From sequence record DRR723986_3102: a stretch of 62,568 nt of DNA, one strand, 5' to 3'. The translations under genes and the position numbers were made by a program. Below are positions 61,714 to 62,568 of this stretch, in pieces (within the stretch, counting starts at the first letter, position 1; each line of letters begins with the position of its first letter). The notes below the pieces were generated by a model, which was not told where the DNA came from, ran no database searches, and was given only the letters and a program-made list of their open reading frames with translations.

Positions 61714-61893
61714 TTAGGAGCCCGTCTCGCTCTTCAGGCTTTCGATTTTCTCCCGCAGCGCTTCCGCCTCTGCCGTGAGCGTGGAGTACAGGCGAATATT
61801 CCCATTACGCTGGGCCTGGAAGGCTTTGCTTACCAGCGCTTCATGTTCCTTCTGCCATTTCTTCAACGGCGAGCCTTTGAACAAACCAAACAT
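61714..61893 (-). CDS. 59-aa small protein, DUF6435-like (below the ORF-track cutoff)
   Basis: MFGLFKGSPLKKWQKEHEALVSKAFQAQRNGNIRLYSTLTAEAEALREKIESLKSETGS*; RBS AAGGAGG. Confidence 0.8.
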   Translation of the reverse strand: MFGLFKGSPLKKWQKEHEALVSKAFQAQRNGNIRLYSTLTAEAEALREKIESLKSETGS

Positions 61894-62033
61894 CGTACTA
61901 TCCCTCCTTGATGGCTAACATTGAAATTTACGTCCGGCCAGGAGCATAGGATTACCAAAGGCGTCATCTCACGAGAAAAGGCTTGTTCGCCTTACGTCAG
62001 TGCAGGGAAAAATCAGCGACGTGGCACGGCAGC

Positions 62034-62059
62034 AAAAAAAACGGGGCTCAGGGCCCCGT
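62034..62059 (-). terminator. rho-independent terminator of the P450 gene
   Basis: minus strand ACGGGGC-CCTGA-GCCCCGT followed by a T run. Confidence 0.85.
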
Positions 62060-62077
62060 CTCTGCATCGAGTCCCAA

Positions 62078-62568
62078 TCAAATTGCGTGCAGCTTCACCT
62101 GCATGGACTTGTAGCCCATCACGAAATTGGACTCCAGGCGCTCGGGTTCGTCCAGCAACTCGATATGGGAAAAGCGCGCCAGCAGTTCCTCCCAGAGAAT
62201 CTTGAGCTGCAGCTCGGCGAGGCGATTACCCATGCAACGGTGAATGCCGAAGCCGAATGACATATGGTGGCGGGCCCGGGGACGATCGATGATGAAGTCG
62301 TTTGGCCGGTCGATGACTTCATCGTCCCGATTGCCCGAGACATACCACATCACGACCTTGTCGCCCTTGCGAATCGTTTTGCCGCCAACTTCAACATCGG
62401 CAAGCGCGTTACGCCGCATGTGCGCGAGCGGCGTCTGCCAGCGAATGACTTCCGACACCATGCTCGGAATCAGGGAGTGGTCTGCCTTGAGCTTGGCGAA
62501 CTGCTCAGGATTCTTGTTCAAGGCATACACACCGCCGCTCATGGAATTGCGGGTCGTGTCGTTGCCGC
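62078..62568 (-). CDS. cytochrome P450, CYP153-like (5' part outside the window)
   Basis: GNDTTRNS I-helix, [14 protein letters not shown] (ExxR), heme motif [10 protein letters not shown]. Confidence 0.92.
   Translation of the reverse strand, partial: GNDTTRNSMSGGVYALNKNPEQFAKLKADHSLIPSMVSEVIRWQTPLAHMRRNALADVEVGGKTIRKGDKVVMWYVSGNRDDEVIDRPNDFIIDRPRARHHMSFGFGIHRCMGNRLAELQLKILWEELLARFSHIELLDEPERLESNFVMGYKSMQVKLHAI

Overview
GC-rich gammaproteobacterial chromosome segment. Gene content and protein style suggest a marine Halieaceae/Cellvibrionales-type organism (inference). 1-20 kb is the conserved core superoperon (nnr-tsaE-amiB-mutL-miaA-hfq-hflX-hflK-hflC-DUF2065-hisZ-purA, with queG, orn, rsgA and psd). 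A PP2C / Ser-Thr kinase / FHA signalling triad sits between queG and orn, and a GT2-TPR gene follows purA. 20-45 kb holds mixed housekeeping and metabolic genes (PIN-PhoH, RNase II, asnS, cysH, fklB, cinA, pdxH, ggt and others). It also contains a ~280-nt multi-hairpin leader before PIN-PhoH and a 43-aa membrane ORF, missing from the ORF track, behind an FNR/Anr-like box. The standout is a tightly coupled 13-gene + strand operon at 45165-59851. It encodes a MotA/ExbB channel, two ExbD-like-TM/coiled-coil/vWA paralogues, a TPR-TonB-C protein, a PEGA5-FGE-like protein lacking catalytic Cys, a degenerate Hsp70-NBD/FHA-like fusion, a poly-Ser lipoprotein, three further lipoproteins and an M48 protease. 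I interpret it as a candidate uncharacterised proton-motive-force-driven envelope machine. The window ends with an amidohydrolase, a small DUF6435-like ORF and the 3' part of a CYP153-like P450. No rRNA, tRNA, CRISPR array, integrase or transposase was recognised. All family calls come from motif recognition by eye, not database searches.
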